Of a stretch of 64,000 bases of DNA, positions 27,652-41,504 are shown one piece after another. The stretch covers positions 326,538 through 390,537 of the forward strand of contig JABLXJ010000001.1 of NCBI GenBank assembly GCA_013178125.1, read 5' to 3'. How positions within the stretch are numbered: the first letter of the stretch is position 1; each line of letters starts with the position of its first letter. The position numbers and the translations under genes were made by a program. The notes beneath the pieces are model-generated. The model did no database searches, was not told the origin of the DNA, and saw nothing but the letters and a program-made list of their open reading frames with translations. This DNA comes from Bacillota bacterium. GTDB taxonomy: Bacteria > Bacillota > SHA-98 > Ch115 > JABLXJ01.

Positions 27652-28842
27652 GTGGGGGGACGGATCTTGGACGACGACCGCGAACGCAAGTATTGGGTCG
27701 CGCTGAATATGGTTCAGGGAATAGGGAGCGCCAGGCTTCATGCCCTGGTGACGCACCTGGGCTCGGCCGAGGCCGCTTGGCACGCCCCCTTTGAGGAACT
27801 GAGACGGGTTCCCAATATCAGGGATAGCGTTGCCTCCCGAATCGTCGAGCGCCGCAGCGAGGTCGATCCCGACCGCGAGCTGGAAAAGGCCGCCGCGCTC
27901 GAGGTCGACATCCTCACATTCAGGGATGAAGCATATCCAGGGCTCCTATCGCGAATATATGACCCACCGCCCGTCCTGTATGTCAGGGGCTCCATTGTGC
28001 CGCAGGACAGCCTGGCGGTCGCGGTGGTTGGATGCCGCAGGCCCACGTCATACGGGCTGTATGTTGCCGAGCGACTCGGCTATGAGCTGGCGAGGCGGGG
28101 TATAACGGTCGTGAGCGGCATGGCGCGTGGGATCGACTCTGCGGCTCACAGGGGGGCCCTGAAAGCCCGGGGCCGGACGATAGCCGTGCTCGGCTGCGGG
28201 GTTGACATATGCTACCCGCCGGAGAATTCCAGGCTGGTGCGGGAGATAGCCGATTCGGGCGCCGTGGTGAGTGAGTTTCCACTCGGGATGGGGCCAATCG
28301 CCCTCAACTTCCCCGCCCGCAACAGGGTTATAAGCGGGCTCTCCCTCGGGACGGTCGTGGTGGAGGCGGGGCCGAGGAGCGGGGCTCTCATAACGGCCGA
28401 TTTTGCGCTGGAGCAGGGGCGGCAGGTTTTCGCGGTGCCAGGCGACATCCGAAGGGAGACTTCGAGGGGCTCACACAGGCTCCTTAAGGAGGGAGCCACA
28501 CTGGTGGAGGGGGTGGATGATATCCTGAGCGAGCTAGGCCTCAGCCTTGAGCCTGCTGGCCTATTCGACCGGCCGGCCGTCGGTCGATCTACTGAATTTT
28601 CATCTTCTACAACATCTATTGAATCTATTGAGGCCACCGGTGAGGATGTCTTCCCCGGCGGGCTTGAGCCGGTTGCGAGGCGGCTGCTCCAGGTCCTGGG
28701 GGATGAGCCCCTAGTGGTGGACGAAATAGCTCGAAGAGCGGGTATCGATGCCTCCCTAGTGGGCGCATCGCTTATCGCGCTCGAGGTCGACGGGTGGGTG
28801 AGGGCGTTGCCGGGTAATGCTTATATGAAGTCACCAGGGTAG
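27652..28842 (+). CDS. dprA: DNA processing protein DprA (Smf)
   Basis: Rossmann-like DprA core (VVSGMARGIDSAAHRGAL, VLGCGVDICYPPEN); GTG start approximate. Confidence 0.85.
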   Translation: MGGRILDDDRERKYWVALNMVQGIGSARLHALVTHLGSAEAAWHAPFEELRRVPNIRDSVASRIVERRSEVDPDRELEKAAALEVDILTFRDEAYPGLLSRIYDPPPVLYVRGSIVPQDSLAVAVVGCRRPTSYGLYVAERLGYELARRGITVVSGMARGIDSAAHRGALKARGRTIAVLGCGVDICYPPENSRLVREIADSGAVVSEFPLGMGPIALNFPARNRVISGLSLGTVVVEAGPRSGALITADFALEQGRQVFAVPGDIRRETSRGSHRLLKEGATLVEGVDDILSELGLSLEPAGLFDRPAVGRSTEFSSSTTSIESIEATGEDVFPGGLEPVARRLLQVLGDEPLVVDEIARRAGIDASLVGASLIALEVDGWVRALPGNAYMKSPG

Positions 28843-28903
28843 GCTGGCCCTACTGATAACCAGCGGGCAATAATCAGCAGGGTGATGGGGAGGATGGATT
28901 CTC

Positions 28904-29419
28904 ATGATGAACGAGAAGGTTCTAGAGATAGTCAACCTGCTCATAAAGCTTATATTAAAGGAGGAAAAGTCCCCTGCTGGCGAGGTGACGCTCGTGCGGG
29001 ATTTGCTTTCGAGGGGGTACGATCCTGCTGAGATTGACGCGGCTTTTGGAATCATCTTCTCGGCCCCCGGGGAAAAGGAGAGCCCGAGGACGTTCCCGTC
29101 GCACGAGGTGCTGAACGCCCCAAGACCTAAGCCTCACCGGGTATTAAACCATGCTGAACGGCTAAAACTAACCCTCGAGGCCCAGGGCTTTCTCGAGGGC
29201 CTGACATATACCGGTCTGGTCCAGCCCGAGGAGCTCGAGGATGTTCTTTTATACGCCCTCCAGCTCGATACCGACGAGGTTGGGGTATTTGAAGTATCGT
29301 GGCTTCTGGAGAAGACTGTAAAGGATCCAAACAGGCTCGCTATAATAACAGGCCCTGATGACGGAGACGGAGATGAAGCCTTCTCCGATATCAAGCAGGG
29401 CAATAGAATGGTCAACTAG
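28904..29419 (+). CDS. smg: Smg-like protein (DUF494)
   Basis: Position between dprA and topA; N-terminal region resembles Smg. Confidence 0.5.
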   Translation: MMNEKVLEIVNLLIKLILKEEKSPAGEVTLVRDLLSRGYDPAEIDAAFGIIFSAPGEKESPRTFPSHEVLNAPRPKPHRVLNHAERLKLTLEAQGFLEGLTYTGLVQPEELEDVLLYALQLDTDEVGVFEVSWLLEKTVKDPNRLAIITGPDDGDGDEAFSDIKQGNRMVN

Positions 29420-29469
29420 GAAACCAGGGACAGTTAACTGACCGGGTTTGAGGAGTAGGAGTGTGATTC

Positions 29470-31554
29470 ATGTCGAATACGCTTGTAATTGTCGAGTCCC
29501 CTGCCAAGGCGAAGACTATAGGTAAATTCCTAGGCAGGGGATATACAATTAAGGCATCAATGGGGCATGTCCGTGACCTGCCCCGCAGCCAGATGGGTAT
29601 AGATATTGAAAATGGCTTCGTCCCAAAGTATATTACAATACGCGGCCGTGGCAAATCCATTTCCGAATTAAAGGAGGCCGCCAGGGGCGCGCGCAGGGTT
29701 CTTCTCGCGACGGACCCCGACCGGGAGGGTGAGGCGATCTCGTGGCACTTGAGCCAGCTCCTCGATATTGATGAGGCAAAGCCGTGTAGAATAGAATTCC
29801 ATGAGATTACGAAGAGGGCGATTCTCGATGCAGTCGCAAATCCGCGCGCGATAGATATGGACAGGGTCGACGCCCAACAGGCGCGGCGAATTCTCGATAG
29901 GCTTGTGGGCTACAAGTTGAGCCCTCTCCTCTGGAAGAAGGTCAGGCGGGGCCTGTCGGCTGGAAGGGTCCAGTCCGTCGCAGTGAGGCTGATTTGCGAC
30001 CGGGAGCGCGAAATCGCGGAATTCGTCCCCGAGGAGTACTGGTCTATCGAGGCTACCTTTCGCCCCCGGGACAGGCAGGACGAGTTCACGGGCAAGCTCA
30101 TAGAGAAGGAGGGCAAGAAGCTCAATATAGGGTCGGAGAGCGATGCAAGTTACATCGTTCGCGACCTTGACGGCGCCCCATATAAGGTTGCTCAGATCAA
30201 GAAGAAGGAGCGAAGGCGCTACCCTGCGCCTCCCTTTACCACCAGCACGCTACAACAGGAAGCGTCGAGGAGGTTTGGGTTCGGCTCGCGAAAGACGATG
30301 TCCATCGCCCAGCAGCTTTACGAAGGCCTTGATATCGGTGATGAAGGCAGCGTCGGGCTTGTGACATATATACGCACTGACTCAGTACGAATAGCCGGGG
30401 AGGCGATCCAGAGCGCGCGGAGCTATATCTTGCGGAGGTTTGGCGAGGATTTCTTGCCTTCGCAACCCCACCGTTATAAATCTAAAGAAGCTTCACAGGA
30501 TGCGCACGAGGCGATAAGGCCGACGGATATATTGAGGGAGCCTGACTCCATAAAGCCGCATGTAACGAGGGACCAGTACAGGCTTTACAGGCTCATATGG
30601 GAGAGGTTTGTTGCGAGCCAGATGGAGGCGGCGGTATACGATGTTGTGAGCGTTGATATAACGGCGAGGGACTATCTTTTCAGGGCGACGGGCCAGACCG
30701 CGAGATTTCTTGGTTTCATGGTCCTCTATATCGAGGGGCGCGACGACGAGGCCGAGGAGCAAGAGGAGCGACTTCCCGAGCTCTCGGAGGGCGAAGACCT
30801 CACCCTGGTCAAGCTCACCCCCCTCCAGCATTTTACCCAGCCCCCTCCGAGATACACAGAGGCCATGCTGGTCAAGGCGCTCGAGGAGAAGGGCATAGGC
30901 CGTCCGAGCACCTATGCACCCATCATCGATACCATCATCAAGCGGGGCTATGTCAACCTCGAGGAGCGACGCTTCAGGCCGACGGAGCTGGGCATCATCG
31001 TCGTCGACCTGCTAAAGGAGTATTTCCCCGCCATAATTGATGTTCAGTTCACTGCAAATATGGAGAGCCAGCTCGACAAGATAGCAGAAGGGGAGCTTGA
31101 ATGGGTCAGGGTTGTGGATGAATTTTACAGGCCTTTCCAGAGCACCCTCAGGAGGGCCGAAGAAGCCATGGAAAAGGTCGTCATACCTGATAAAACCACT
31201 GACGAGCTTTGCCCCGAGTGCGGTCGCAATCTGGTCGTAAAACACGGGCGCTATGGCGAATTCCTGGCCTGTCCCGGGTTCCCCGAGTGTAAATTCACAA
31301 AAAAGATCACCCGGGATATTGGCGTCGCCTGCCCCAAGTGCGGTTCTCCCATAGTGGAAAGGAGGACGAAGAAGGGGAGGAAGTTCTATGGCTGCAGCGC
31401 CTACCCCAACTGTGACTTCGTCGTCTGGAATCAACCCGTGGCGAAGAATTGCCCGCAATGCGGGGCATTCCTTGTTAAGAAGCACTTAAAGGGTGGGACG
31501 GTCTATGAGTGCTCAAGGGAAGGTTGCAACTACCGGGAAGATAGCGCATCCTGA
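29470..31554 (+). CDS. topA: DNA topoisomerase I
   Basis: TOPRIM start [18 protein letters not shown]; C-terminal Cys4 zinc ribbons. Confidence 0.95.
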   Translation: MSNTLVIVESPAKAKTIGKFLGRGYTIKASMGHVRDLPRSQMGIDIENGFVPKYITIRGRGKSISELKEAARGARRVLLATDPDREGEAISWHLSQLLDIDEAKPCRIEFHEITKRAILDAVANPRAIDMDRVDAQQARRILDRLVGYKLSPLLWKKVRRGLSAGRVQSVAVRLICDREREIAEFVPEEYWSIEATFRPRDRQDEFTGKLIEKEGKKLNIGSESDASYIVRDLDGAPYKVAQIKKKERRRYPAPPFTTSTLQQEASRRFGFGSRKTMSIAQQLYEGLDIGDEGSVGLVTYIRTDSVRIAGEAIQSARSYILRRFGEDFLPSQPHRYKSKEASQDAHEAIRPTDILREPDSIKPHVTRDQYRLYRLIWERFVASQMEAAVYDVVSVDITARDYLFRATGQTARFLGFMVLYIEGRDDEAEEQEERLPELSEGEDLTLVKLTPLQHFTQPPPRYTEAMLVKALEEKGIGRPSTYAPIIDTIIKRGYVNLEERRFRPTELGIIVVDLLKEYFPAIIDVQFTANMESQLDKIAEGELEWVRVVDEFYRPFQSTLRRAEEAMEKVVIPDKTTDELCPECGRNLVVKHGRYGEFLACPGFPECKFTKKITRDIGVACPKCGSPIVERRTKKGRKFYGCSAYPNCDFVVWNQPVAKNCPQCGAFLVKKHLKGGTVYECSREGCNYREDSAS

Positions 31555-32881
31555 GGTCATTGTCATCGGCGGAGGCCTTGCCGGAAGTGAAGCTGCGTGG
31601 CAGCTTGCGAGGCGCAATGTCAGGGTTGAACTCTATGAGATGAGGCCTTCGAAGATGACGCCCGCCCACCACACAGGGGATCTTGCGGAGCTGGTGTGCA
31701 GCAACTCGTTGAGATCAGACAGCCTCACAAATGCGGTCGGCCTCCTTAAAGAGGAAATGCGCAGGCTTGGATCGCTGATAATGGAATGTGCGGATCGCAC
31801 GCGGATACCGGCGGGCTCGGCCTTGGCCGTAGACCGGAATGCCTTCTCGAGGCTTGTGACGCAAAGGATAGAATCGTGCAGGAATATATCGCTTATCAGG
31901 GAAGAAGTCAAGGCCGTGCCCGCGGACGGAGATGGCCCTGTAATCGTTGCCGCGGGGCCCCTAGCCTCAGAGGCTATAATATCGGCCATCTCGGACCTGG
32001 TCGGGGACGACTACCTTTACTTTTACGATGCCGTCGCCCCCATCGTTACCCTTGAATCGGTGGATTTTTCGCGTTGTTTTTGGGGATCTCGTTATGGCAA
32101 AGGAGGGGATGACTATGTGAATTGCCCGATGACCGAGGAGGAATATAATGCCTTCTGGGAGGCGCTCGTGACCGCAAAGACGATGGAGCCCAGGCCCTTC
32201 GAGAAGCTTGTCGTCTTTGAGGGGTGTATGCCCATCGAGGAGATGGCGAGACGGGGCCGGGAGGCGCTGACGTTTGGCCCCTTGAAGCCCGTTGGCCTGG
32301 TCGACCCTCGCACGGGGGAGCGGCCCTACGCCGTGGTGCAGCTCAGGAAGGAGAACGACCCCTGCACCCTCCTGAATCTTGTAGGGTTCCAGACGCGACT
32401 CCTATGGGGGGAACAAAAGAGGGTCTTCCGGATGATACCCGGGCTCGAAAAGGCCGAGTTTACCCGCTACGGCGTGATGCATAGGAACACCTTCATCAAT
32501 TCCCCGCGTGTGCTGAGGCCCACTCTGCAGCTTAAAACCAGGGACTTCATCTTTTTTGCCGGCCAGATCACCGGCGTTGAGGGCTACGTCGAGTCAGCCG
32601 CATCCGGCCTGGTGGCCGGGGTGAATGCTGCCAGATTCGCCGCGGGGAACCCACCTATTATATTCCCACGAGAGACCGCTCACGGGGCGCTCTGTCACTA
32701 TATATGCACGGCGGACCCTGAGCACTTCCAGCCGATGAACATCAACTTCGGTCTCATGCCCCCAATCAAAGGTCGCATAAAAAAGGAGATAGATAAAAAG
32801 ATTAAGATTTCCGACCGGGCTCTACTTGCTTTGAAAAAAATCGAGGAAATTATGCTCGATGGGGTTGCTGAAATATTATAA
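31505..32881 (+). CDS. trmFO: methylenetetrahydrofolate--tRNA-(uracil54-C5)-methyltransferase TrmFO
   Basis: FAD-binding [18 protein letters not shown]; start after RBS agggtggga; overlaps topA end. Confidence 0.9.
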   Translation: MSAQGKVATTGKIAHPEVIVIGGGLAGSEAAWQLARRNVRVELYEMRPSKMTPAHHTGDLAELVCSNSLRSDSLTNAVGLLKEEMRRLGSLIMECADRTRIPAGSALAVDRNAFSRLVTQRIESCRNISLIREEVKAVPADGDGPVIVAAGPLASEAIISAISDLVGDDYLYFYDAVAPIVTLESVDFSRCFWGSRYGKGGDDYVNCPMTEEEYNAFWEALVTAKTMEPRPFEKLVVFEGCMPIEEMARRGREALTFGPLKPVGLVDPRTGERPYAVVQLRKENDPCTLLNLVGFQTRLLWGEQKRVFRMIPGLEKAEFTRYGVMHRNTFINSPRVLRPTLQLKTRDFIFFAGQITGVEGYVESAASGLVAGVNAARFAAGNPPIIFPRETAHGALCHYICTADPEHFQPMNINFGLMPPIKGRIKKEIDKKIKISDRALLALKKIEEIMLDGVAEIL

Positions 32882-32989
32882 TTATGCTACAATTACTGTC
32901 TGATGAAAGTAAATCCTGTGGTTTCTTTGTTTCTTTGGGGACTTTGACAGCTCAGGATCATTTAAGCCAGCTTGTGGAAGCGGAAGACG

Positions 32990-33934
32990 GTGTGCGGGTT
33001 GTTTGACGGTTTTCTTCGGGAATTCTTGACATATATGACAGTTGAACGCAATGCATCGAAAAATACCATCGTCGGCTATGAGAGAGATCTCAGCGATTTC
33101 ATCGAGTATATAAATGCCGCTAATCTCAGCGACCACATCGACCACCTGGCAATTCGAGGTTATCTGGCTCACCTGCAGTCAAGCGGGCATTCGAGGGCAA
33201 CGATAGCGAGGCACCTGGCGGCGGTGAGGTCTTTTTTCAAATTTCTTTGTCGCCAGAATTACCTGGCGGTAAACCCGGCGAAGGGAGTCTCGACCCCGAA
33301 GCGGGAGAGAAAGTTGCCGAAGTTTCTACATATAGAGGAAATTTCTTCTCTTATGAATGCTCCAGATAATTCGCCGTTTGGTCTGAGGGATAAGGCTATC
33401 CTCGAGACTCTTTATGCCACGGGGATACGCGTGGGTGAGCTGGTCGGGGCGAATCTGGCGGACCTGGACACGGTTTCAGGCTACCTTCGCGTGCTTGGCA
33501 AGGGCTCAAAGGAAAGGGTGGTGCCCGTGGGCAGCAAGGCCATGGATGCTTTAGCTGTTTACCTCGGTGAAGCCCGACCCGTTATCCAGGATAGGGCGCG
33601 CAAGGTTTTCGGGCGCCAGCCGGAGGGAAGAGGTGGCGGGGGCGATGATGATGCGGAGGAGGCTATATTTCTTAATAAAATGGGCAACAGGCTCTCGGCG
33701 CGAAGCGTCCAGCGCATGGTGGATAAGTACATACGCCGGGCTTGCATCCGGGGGAAGATGAGCCCGCACGCCTTCCGTCATTCCTTTGCCACCCACCTCC
33801 TGGACCGCGGAGCGGATCTGAGGGCGGTCCAGGAGCTCCTGGGTCATGCGAATATCTCGACTACTCAAATATATACCCATGTTACCAGGGAGAAGCTCAA
33901 GACGATCTACAATCGGTCCCATCCAAGGGCATAG
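32990..33934 (+). CDS. xerC: tyrosine recombinase XerC
   Basis: C-terminal catalytic motifs [12 protein letters not shown] and [15 protein letters not shown]; synteny. Confidence 0.85.
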   Translation: MCGLFDGFLREFLTYMTVERNASKNTIVGYERDLSDFIEYINAANLSDHIDHLAIRGYLAHLQSSGHSRATIARHLAAVRSFFKFLCRQNYLAVNPAKGVSTPKRERKLPKFLHIEEISSLMNAPDNSPFGLRDKAILETLYATGIRVGELVGANLADLDTVSGYLRVLGKGSKERVVPVGSKAMDALAVYLGEARPVIQDRARKVFGRQPEGRGGGGDDDAEEAIFLNKMGNRLSARSVQRMVDKYIRRACIRGKMSPHAFRHSFATHLLDRGADLRAVQELLGHANISTTQIYTHVTREKLKTIYNRSHPRA

Positions 33935-33971
33935 GCTGACCCGGGCTGGGCCACAGGAGGAGGCAGCTCCT

Positions 33972-34508
33972 TTGAATAACGCCTACCTAGCAACGACCAT
34001 AGTGGCGGTAAAGCGGGACACCAAGATCGCGATGGCCGGGGACGGCCAGGTTACCTTCGGTAACACCGTCATGAAGCACAGGGCCAAGAAGGTCCGGAAG
34101 ATCTATAAAGACAAGGTCCTGGCGGGCTTCGCTGGAGCCGCCGCAGATGCATTTACCCTTTTTGAGAAGTTTGAGGCCAAAATAGAGGAGTTTCATGGGA
34201 ATCTCCCGCGGGCCGCAGTGGAGCTGGCCAAGGAGTGGCGGCTGGATAGGGCGCTGAGACGGCTCGAGGCCCTTCTTGTCGTCGCTGATCTGGATCACCT
34301 GCTGGTGATCTCCGGCAGTGGTGATGTAATTGAACCGGATGACGGGGTGATCGCCATAGGGTCCGGCGGGCCTTATGCCCTTGCTGCTGCGAGAGCTCTC
34401 ATCAAATACTCTGACCTGAGCGCCAGGGAGATAGCCCTGGAGGCCATGAGGATAGCGTCTTCCATTTGTATATATACAAATGAGGAGATAATTGTCGAGG
34501 AGCTTTAG
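33972..34508 (+). CDS. hslV: ATP-dependent protease subunit HslV
   Basis: N-terminal TTIVAVKRD and [14 protein letters not shown]; TTG start after RBS aggaggagg (track N-terminal extension rejected). Confidence 0.9.
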   Translation: MNNAYLATTIVAVKRDTKIAMAGDGQVTFGNTVMKHRAKKVRKIYKDKVLAGFAGAAADAFTLFEKFEAKIEEFHGNLPRAAVELAKEWRLDRALRRLEALLVVADLDHLLVISGSGDVIEPDDGVIAIGSGGPYALAAARALIKYSDLSAREIALEAMRIASSICIYTNEEIIVEEL

Positions 34509-34542
34509 ATATATGTGGAGATGTAATGGAGGAGGGTATCAC

Positions 34543-35940
34543 GTGGAAAACCTGACTCCCAGGAAGATAGTGGAGGAACTCGATAAGTATATAGTCGGCC
34601 AGTCAGCCGCCAAGAGGGCTGTGGCGATAGCTTTGAGAAATAGATACAGGCGCCAGCAATTGCCGGAGGAAATCCGGGAGGAGGTCTTGCCGAAGAACAT
34701 CCTGATGATAGGCCCCACTGGCGTTGGCAAGACCGAGATCGCGCGCAGGCTTGCGCGGTTAGCCGACGCCCCGTTTATCAAGGTTGAGGCCACAAAGTTC
34801 ACCGAGGTCGGGTATGTCGGCAGGGATGTCGACTCGATAATTCGAGATCTCGTTGATATAGCAATACGCATGGTTAAAACCGAGCGCATGGCCACGGTTT
34901 ACAGCAAGGCGGAGGCAGCCGTGGAAGACCGGATCCTCGATATCCTGGCTCCGCTGCCGACAAGGGAGGCCAATGTGAACCCATTTGCGGCACTGTTTGG
35001 GAATATAGGCTTCAACCGCGAGGATGATTCCCACTATGAGGAGAAGCGCTCGAGGGTCGAGCGAGAGCGCGAATCCCTCAGGTGGAAGCTCCAGGCGGGA
35101 GAGCTCGAAGATATGATCGTCGAGGTCCAGGTCGAAGATGCATCCCCACCCATGCTCGAGGTTTTCTCAGGGGCTGGCGTCGAGGAGATGGGCATAAACC
35201 TCCAGGATGTCTTCGGGAATATATTCCCCAAGCGTCAAAAGAAGCGCAAGGTGCCCATCCGCGAGGCTCGCAAGATCCTCGCGCAGGAGGAGGCCCAAAA
35301 GCTTATCGACATGGATGAGGCTGTGACTGCGGCTATCCGCCGCGTGGAGCAGTCGGGCATGGTCTTTATCGATGAGATCGACAAGATAGCAGGCAAGGAC
35401 TATAGTAGCGGCGGCCCCGATGTTTCTCGGGAGGGGGTGCAGCGCGATATCCTTCCGATTGTTGAAGGATCGACGGTTATGACGAAGCACGGCCCGGTTA
35501 AGACGGACCATATACTGTTTATCGCTGCCGGTGCCTTTCATGTATCGAAGCCATCTGATTTGATACCTGAACTCCAAGGGAGGTTCCCCATCCGGGTTGA
35601 ATTGGAGAGCCTGGATAAGGGCGACTTCAAGCGGATACTGACGGAGCCCAGAAATGCCCTTATTAAGCAATATACCGCCCTTTTAGCGACCGATGGAGTG
35701 GCAGTAGAATTCGATGAGACCGGCATAGAGGAGATAGCCGAGATCGCGGATCTTGTCAACCAGCAAACTGAGAACATCGGCGCCAGAAGGCTTCATACGA
35801 TTCTTGAGAAGGTTTTGGAGGACCTATCTTTTGAAGCGCCTGACGTATCCGAGAGGAGGGTAGTGATTACCCGGGACTATGTCCAATCAAAGCTTGTAGA
35901 TATAGTGAAAAACAGGGATCTCAGCCGCTACATCTTATAG
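34543..35940 (+). CDS. hslU: ATP-dependent protease ATPase subunit HslU
   Basis: [17 protein letters not shown] and Walker [16 protein letters not shown]; GTG start after RBS ggaggaggg. Confidence 0.9.
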   Translation: MENLTPRKIVEELDKYIVGQSAAKRAVAIALRNRYRRQQLPEEIREEVLPKNILMIGPTGVGKTEIARRLARLADAPFIKVEATKFTEVGYVGRDVDSIIRDLVDIAIRMVKTERMATVYSKAEAAVEDRILDILAPLPTREANVNPFAALFGNIGFNREDDSHYEEKRSRVERERESLRWKLQAGELEDMIVEVQVEDASPPMLEVFSGAGVEEMGINLQDVFGNIFPKRQKKRKVPIREARKILAQEEAQKLIDMDEAVTAAIRRVEQSGMVFIDEIDKIAGKDYSSGGPDVSREGVQRDILPIVEGSTVMTKHGPVKTDHILFIAAGAFHVSKPSDLIPELQGRFPIRVELESLDKGDFKRILTEPRNALIKQYTALLATDGVAVEFDETGIEEIAEIADLVNQQTENIGARRLHTILEKVLEDLSFEAPDVSERRVVITRDYVQSKLVDIVKNRDLSRYIL

Positions 35941-35973
35941 CCGGTTTATGACCAGCCCGCTGAGGAGTAAAAT

Positions 35974-36019
35974 GCGGGGTTTCGCGGATTTGCCGGGGTT
36001 TCGAGTTGCCGGGGTTTGG
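35974..36019. repeat. three direct repeats GCCGGGGTTT(C/G)G upstream of codY
   Basis: Read directly, about 16-bp period. Confidence 0.5.
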
Positions 36020-36246
36020 TGGGAACTTGGTAGGAAGGCCTGGCGGGGGCTGAGGCCTGGCAGCGGCTGGGGTTATGAGCTTAACCTAAATGGTCCTCAC
36101 TTAACTTATAGTTTATAGAAGGGAGGGAGCGACCGGGCAAAAATTGGACAAGCAATCAAAAAGATCCCGGTTACCCCGGGGGTTTAATATCCGAGTGTTA
36201 AGGTTCGATATCTTACTTAGGAGTAGATTTAGGGAGGATGTTAAAG

Positions 36247-37044
36247 ATGAGTGAGTTACTTGAAAAGACGCGGAGGATAAATAGATTTATCCAGGAATCT
36301 GCGAGGTATCCAGTGGATTTTAAAGAGATGGCTCAAGTCCTGTCCGACGAACTGGCTGCTAACGTGTATGTTGTTAGCAAGAAGGGAAAGGTGCTCGGAT
36401 ACGGGTTTGTGGAGGGTTTCGACTGCGAAACGATTGAGAGCTGCGTCTCCAATGGAAGCATGTTCCCGAAGGAGTACAATGATAGACTGCTGCGTGTCGT
36501 GGAAACCATAGAGAATTCCCGCGAGGCCACGCGCAAGTGCTTCCTCAGCGACGCAGTTGACTGCCCATTTGAGGAGAAGGTGTACACAATCGTGCCCGTC
36601 TACTGCGGCGGCGAGAGACTCGCAACTCTCGTCCTAGCCAGATTTGATGGGGATTTTTCCGATGATGATGTAGTCCTTGCGGAGTACGCTGCGACCGTCA
36701 TAGGCATGGAGATAATGCGGTCAAAGAATGAAAAGATCGAGGGCGAGGCCCGCAAGAAGGCCGCAGTGCAGATGGCCCTGGATACGCTCTCCTATTCAGA
36801 GCAGGAGGCTGTTGAGCACATCTTTGACGAGCTCAACGGCGACGAGGGCCTGCTCGTTGCGAGCAAGATTGCGGATAAGGTTGGGATAACACGGTCTGTG
36901 ATCGTCAACGCCCTGCGGAAGTTTGAGAGCGCCGGTGTGATCGAGTCGAGATCTCTGGGTATGAAGGGCACTTATATTCGCGTGCTCAACGATAAGCTCT
37001 TCGATGAGCTGGAGCGGCTCAGGAGCAGGCAGATAAGCAGGTAG
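36247..37044 (+). CDS. codY: GTP-sensing pleiotropic repressor CodY
   Basis: GAF-like N-domain and C-terminal [24 protein letters not shown]; ATG 8 nt after gggagg. Confidence 0.9.
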   Translation: MSELLEKTRRINRFIQESARYPVDFKEMAQVLSDELAANVYVVSKKGKVLGYGFVEGFDCETIESCVSNGSMFPKEYNDRLLRVVETIENSREATRKCFLSDAVDCPFEEKVYTIVPVYCGGERLATLVLARFDGDFSDDDVVLAEYAATVIGMEIMRSKNEKIEGEARKKAAVQMALDTLSYSEQEAVEHIFDELNGDEGLLVASKIADKVGITRSVIVNALRKFESAGVIESRSLGMKGTYIRVLNDKLFDELERLRSRQISR

Positions 37045-37284
37045 GATGGGTTAAACTGAGAAGGCCGGTTAAAATGGGCCAGGTAGAGGGTGGATGAAAG
37101 GGCAACCGAAGGCTCCTGGGTAAATAAAGATGGCCGGAGGATTGCCGGTAAGGGGAGAGAAATTGTGGGTCAAAACACAATTTCTCTCTTTTTGTTATAG
37201 AACTTGTACTTGCTGGCATAATATGATATAGGACTGGCACATAGTTACCTGAAGTCTAGTTCAAAACGGAGGTGATGAAGGGGT

Positions 37285-37806
37285 ATGCGGGGTATGGTTC
37301 CGGATAAGCGATCGTTTCTCTTCGGTATTGGAGTTGGGGCTCTTGCTGTCCTCGTTATAATCGCCGGTCTCGGGTACACGGTGCTGTCAAGGGGTGTGAG
37401 CCTGGCCATAGATTCTCAGAGGATTGCTGCCTTAGTCAGGACCCAGGTTGAGGAGGCGGCAAGGGCCGAGCTGCCCATTATAGCTGAGGATCTCAAGAAA
37501 TCCGTGCCGGCTCAGATTGGGAAGAGCCCTATCAAGCTCGGGGATAGCAGCATCAGGATCTCGAACATCCAGATTTCACTGCCGAGCGCTTCGTTGAGAC
37601 AGCTGGAGAACGAGCTAAACCGGCTGGCCGAAAGGTCAGCGCTCGCAACTATTGATACGATGAATTTCTCGCAGCTGGCTGAGTCGGTTGGCGCCATAAC
37701 CCATGATGTGGTCCGCGAGACACTGAGGTCCGAGCTTGCGGGAAAGACCGTCAACGTGGTAGCCAGCAAGTGGATGGCGGTGCCTGTTGTCGTGCACGTA
37801 AGGTAA
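37285..37806 (+). CDS. hypothetical membrane-anchored protein
   Basis: N-terminal TM helix; RBS ggaggtga. Confidence 0.4.
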   Translation: MRGMVPDKRSFLFGIGVGALAVLVIIAGLGYTVLSRGVSLAIDSQRIAALVRTQVEEAARAELPIIAEDLKKSVPAQIGKSPIKLGDSSIRISNIQISLPSASLRQLENELNRLAERSALATIDTMNFSQLAESVGAITHDVVRETLRSELAGKTVNVVASKWMAVPVVVHVR

Positions 37807-37886
37807 AACGCCAGGGTAATTTGAAAACGAAAACGGAGCCGGGGCGCGTTGCGATGGATCAAATGAGGTCCATCGCTATTTTTTCA

Positions 37887-37915
37887 TTGATAAGGCATAG
37901 TGGTTGTGGTATACT
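37887..37915 (+). promoter_or_regulatory. promoter of rpsB-tsf (TTGATA, 17 bp, TATACT) with GC-rich structured leader
   Basis: Read directly. Confidence 0.45.
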
Positions 37916-38029
37916 ACAATATAGTGTGATTACGCACGTCCCCGGACCCGCGCAATGGTGCCCTCTGGGTCTTGCGGGGGATGAAAGGGACGGAGGATAA
38001 AAAAACCACGCGGAGAGGGGGTGACGCAG

Positions 38030-38896
38030 ATGGCGGTCGTCTCTATGAAGCAGCTCCTGGAGGCTGGTGTTCATTTCGGCCATCAAACGCGCCGCTGGAA
38101 CCCTAAGATGGCGCCTTACATATTTACAGAACGAAATGGGATATATATCATTGATCTCCAGAAGACCGTAAGGAAGATCGATGAAGCCTATGAGTTTGTA
38201 AAGAAAGTGGCCAATGAGGGCGGGAGGATCCTTTTCGTGGGCACTAAGAAGCAAGCCCACGATACCGTGAAGGAAGAGGCTGAGCGGTGCGGGATGTACT
38301 ATGTAAATGAGAGGTGGCTCGGCGGGACACTCACCAACTTCCGGACCATCAAGAAGCGAATCGAGAGGTTGAAGCTCCTCGAGAAGATGGGGGAAGACGG
38401 GTCCTTCGAAGTGCTGCCGAAGAAGGAGGTACTAATTCTCATGAAGGAGAAGGAAAAACTTGAGAAATTCCTCGGCGGCATACGCGATATGGAGAAGCTA
38501 CCCGACGCTCTCTACGTTGTTGACCCGCGCAAGGAAAAGATCGCCGTGGCGGAGGCCAGGAGGCTTGGTATACCTATAGTCGGCATCGTTGATACAAACT
38601 GTGACCCTGACGAGGTCGATTACATTATCCCAGGCAATGATGACGCCATACGGGCTGTAAAGCTCATCACCAGCAAGATGGCGGATGCGGTTCTCGAGGG
38701 CCTTGAGGGTCGCGACGCGGCTCTCGTCGCTGGTGAGGGCGAGGGTGAGAGCGAGATTATAGGCGAGATCGGCGATTACGATGTGGAGGAGGAATATGTC
38801 CCGGTTGAGGGCGATGTAGTGGAGGTTCCTCTCGATGTCGATGTCGAGGAGTTTGTTCCTCAGGGCGAGCACGAGGCGCATGACGAGGAACGCTAA
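38030..38896 (+). CDS. rpsB: 30S ribosomal protein S2 with acidic C-terminal extension
   Basis: [27 protein letters not shown]. Confidence 0.95.
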   Translation: MAVVSMKQLLEAGVHFGHQTRRWNPKMAPYIFTERNGIYIIDLQKTVRKIDEAYEFVKKVANEGGRILFVGTKKQAHDTVKEEAERCGMYYVNERWLGGTLTNFRTIKKRIERLKLLEKMGEDGSFEVLPKKEVLILMKEKEKLEKFLGGIRDMEKLPDALYVVDPRKEKIAVAEARRLGIPIVGIVDTNCDPDEVDYIIPGNDDAIRAVKLITSKMADAVLEGLEGRDAALVAGEGEGESEIIGEIGDYDVEEEYVPVEGDVVEVPLDVDVEEFVPQGEHEAHDEER

Positions 38897-38976
38897 TGGG
38901 ATCAGGCCGATAATAGTAAGGTGACAGGTAGCCGGGGTTCCGGGCAGCCTTTTGCAAAGGGGGCTAGAGGGTTATC

Positions 38977-40439
<1,463 letters not shown>

Positions 40440-40442
40440 GGG

Positions 40443-41000
40443 ATGACCAGGGAGGTGCTGAAGCGCACCGAGGACAGGATGAAGGGTGTTATTGAGGCTA
40501 TAAAGAAGGAGTTCAGTGCCATAAGGACTGGACGCGCAAATCCTGCGCTTCTCGACAGGATAACCGTGGAATGCTATGGCTCGACCCTTCCCATTAATCA
40601 GGTGGCGACAATCAGCGCGCCCGAGCCACGGCTTCTCATGGTTCAGCCATGGGATAAGAGCGTATTGAGTCAGATCGAAAAGGCGCTTTTGAAGTCAAAC
40701 CTGGGCCTCACGCCCGTAAATGATGGGAGCGTCATACGCCTCGCCCTGCCGCAGCTCACCGAGGAGAGGCGACGGGAGCTTGTTCGCCTCGCGAAGAAAC
40801 AGGCGGAGGACATGCGGGTAGCTGTGAGAAATCTGAGGCGCGAGGCAAATGACCAGCTCAAGGCCATAGAGAAAAATGGGGAGATCTCCGAGGATGAGCT
40901 CAAGCGTTCCCAGGATGAGGTCCAGAAATTGACTGATAAGTACATATCCGAGATCGATGCCTTCCTATCCGCCAAGGAGAAGGAGATAATGGAGGTATGA
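40443..41000 (+). CDS. frr: ribosome recycling factor
   Basis: Full-length RRF-like sequence; synteny. Confidence 0.95.
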   Translation: MTREVLKRTEDRMKGVIEAIKKEFSAIRTGRANPALLDRITVECYGSTLPINQVATISAPEPRLLMVQPWDKSVLSQIEKALLKSNLGLTPVNDGSVIRLALPQLTEERRRELVRLAKKQAEDMRVAVRNLRREANDQLKAIEKNGEISEDELKRSQDEVQKLTDKYISEIDAFLSAKEKEIMEV

Positions 41001-41233
41001 GCGTTCCCGTTCCTGATGTTATCGGGTGCGACCTGCGCCTTGCGGAGGAGATCATGACGAAATGCGGGCATACATGCGTCGTGGTCCTTACGACGCCGCC
41101 GGCCGGGGAGATAGAGGGGGAGCTGCGGGTTATCCGCCAGCGCGCTGTTGGCCCCGATCCCATTATCGAATTGGTTGCGGCGCGTGATGGGAGCCCGAAA
41201 GGAGGTGCTTTACATGGCTCACGTAATCGGTGA
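40997..41233 (+). CDS. hypothetical small protein
   Basis: ORF overlapping frr stop; no recognised motif. Confidence 0.3.
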   Translation: MSVPVPDVIGCDLRLAEEIMTKCGHTCVVVLTTPPAGEIEGELRVIRQRAVGPDPIIELVAARDGSPKGGALHGSRNR

Positions 41234-41384
41234 CGAGTGCACGAAATGCGGGAGCTGCACTGAGGCCTGCCCATTCCAGGCGATAAGCGAGGGAGAGGAC
41301 AAGTATCAGATCAATCCTGACGTCTGCACTGATTGTGGTTTATGCGCTGATCAATGCCCATCTGGAGCGATTTCAGAGGGTTAA
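41214..41384 (+). CDS. small 2x[4Fe-4S] ferredoxin
   Basis: CTKCGSCTEACP and CTDCGLCADQCP; RBS aaaggaggtg 7 nt before ATG. Confidence 0.6.
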   Translation: MAHVIGDECTKCGSCTEACPFQAISEGEDKYQINPDVCTDCGLCADQCPSGAISEG

Positions 41385-41504
41385 GGGTGGTTTCTCGGGA
41401 GTTCTTTTGAGGGGAGGGCTCGCCTCCCCTTCCATGTTTATTCATCCTTTTTATGCATCCTTTTCCTGGGCCGGGGTATGAGCCTGCGGGGGAGAGGTTG
41501 AATT

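Noticed and set aside
27381-27783. Reverse-strand ORFs in the yraN-dprA intergenic region (27381-27689, 27406-27783)
   Set aside because: Low-complexity translations (YPSYPSYSSYPSY), overlap the dprA start and a probable divergent promoter.
33846-33971. N-terminal extension of HslV in the ORF track
   Set aside because: HslV needs its catalytic Thr close to the N-terminus; TTG 33972 with RBS aggaggagg gives the canonical TTIVAVKR start.
36160-36190. Possible terminator between hslU and codY (cccgg ttacc ccggg)
   Set aside because: Stem only 5 bp and weak T-run; not reported as a feature.
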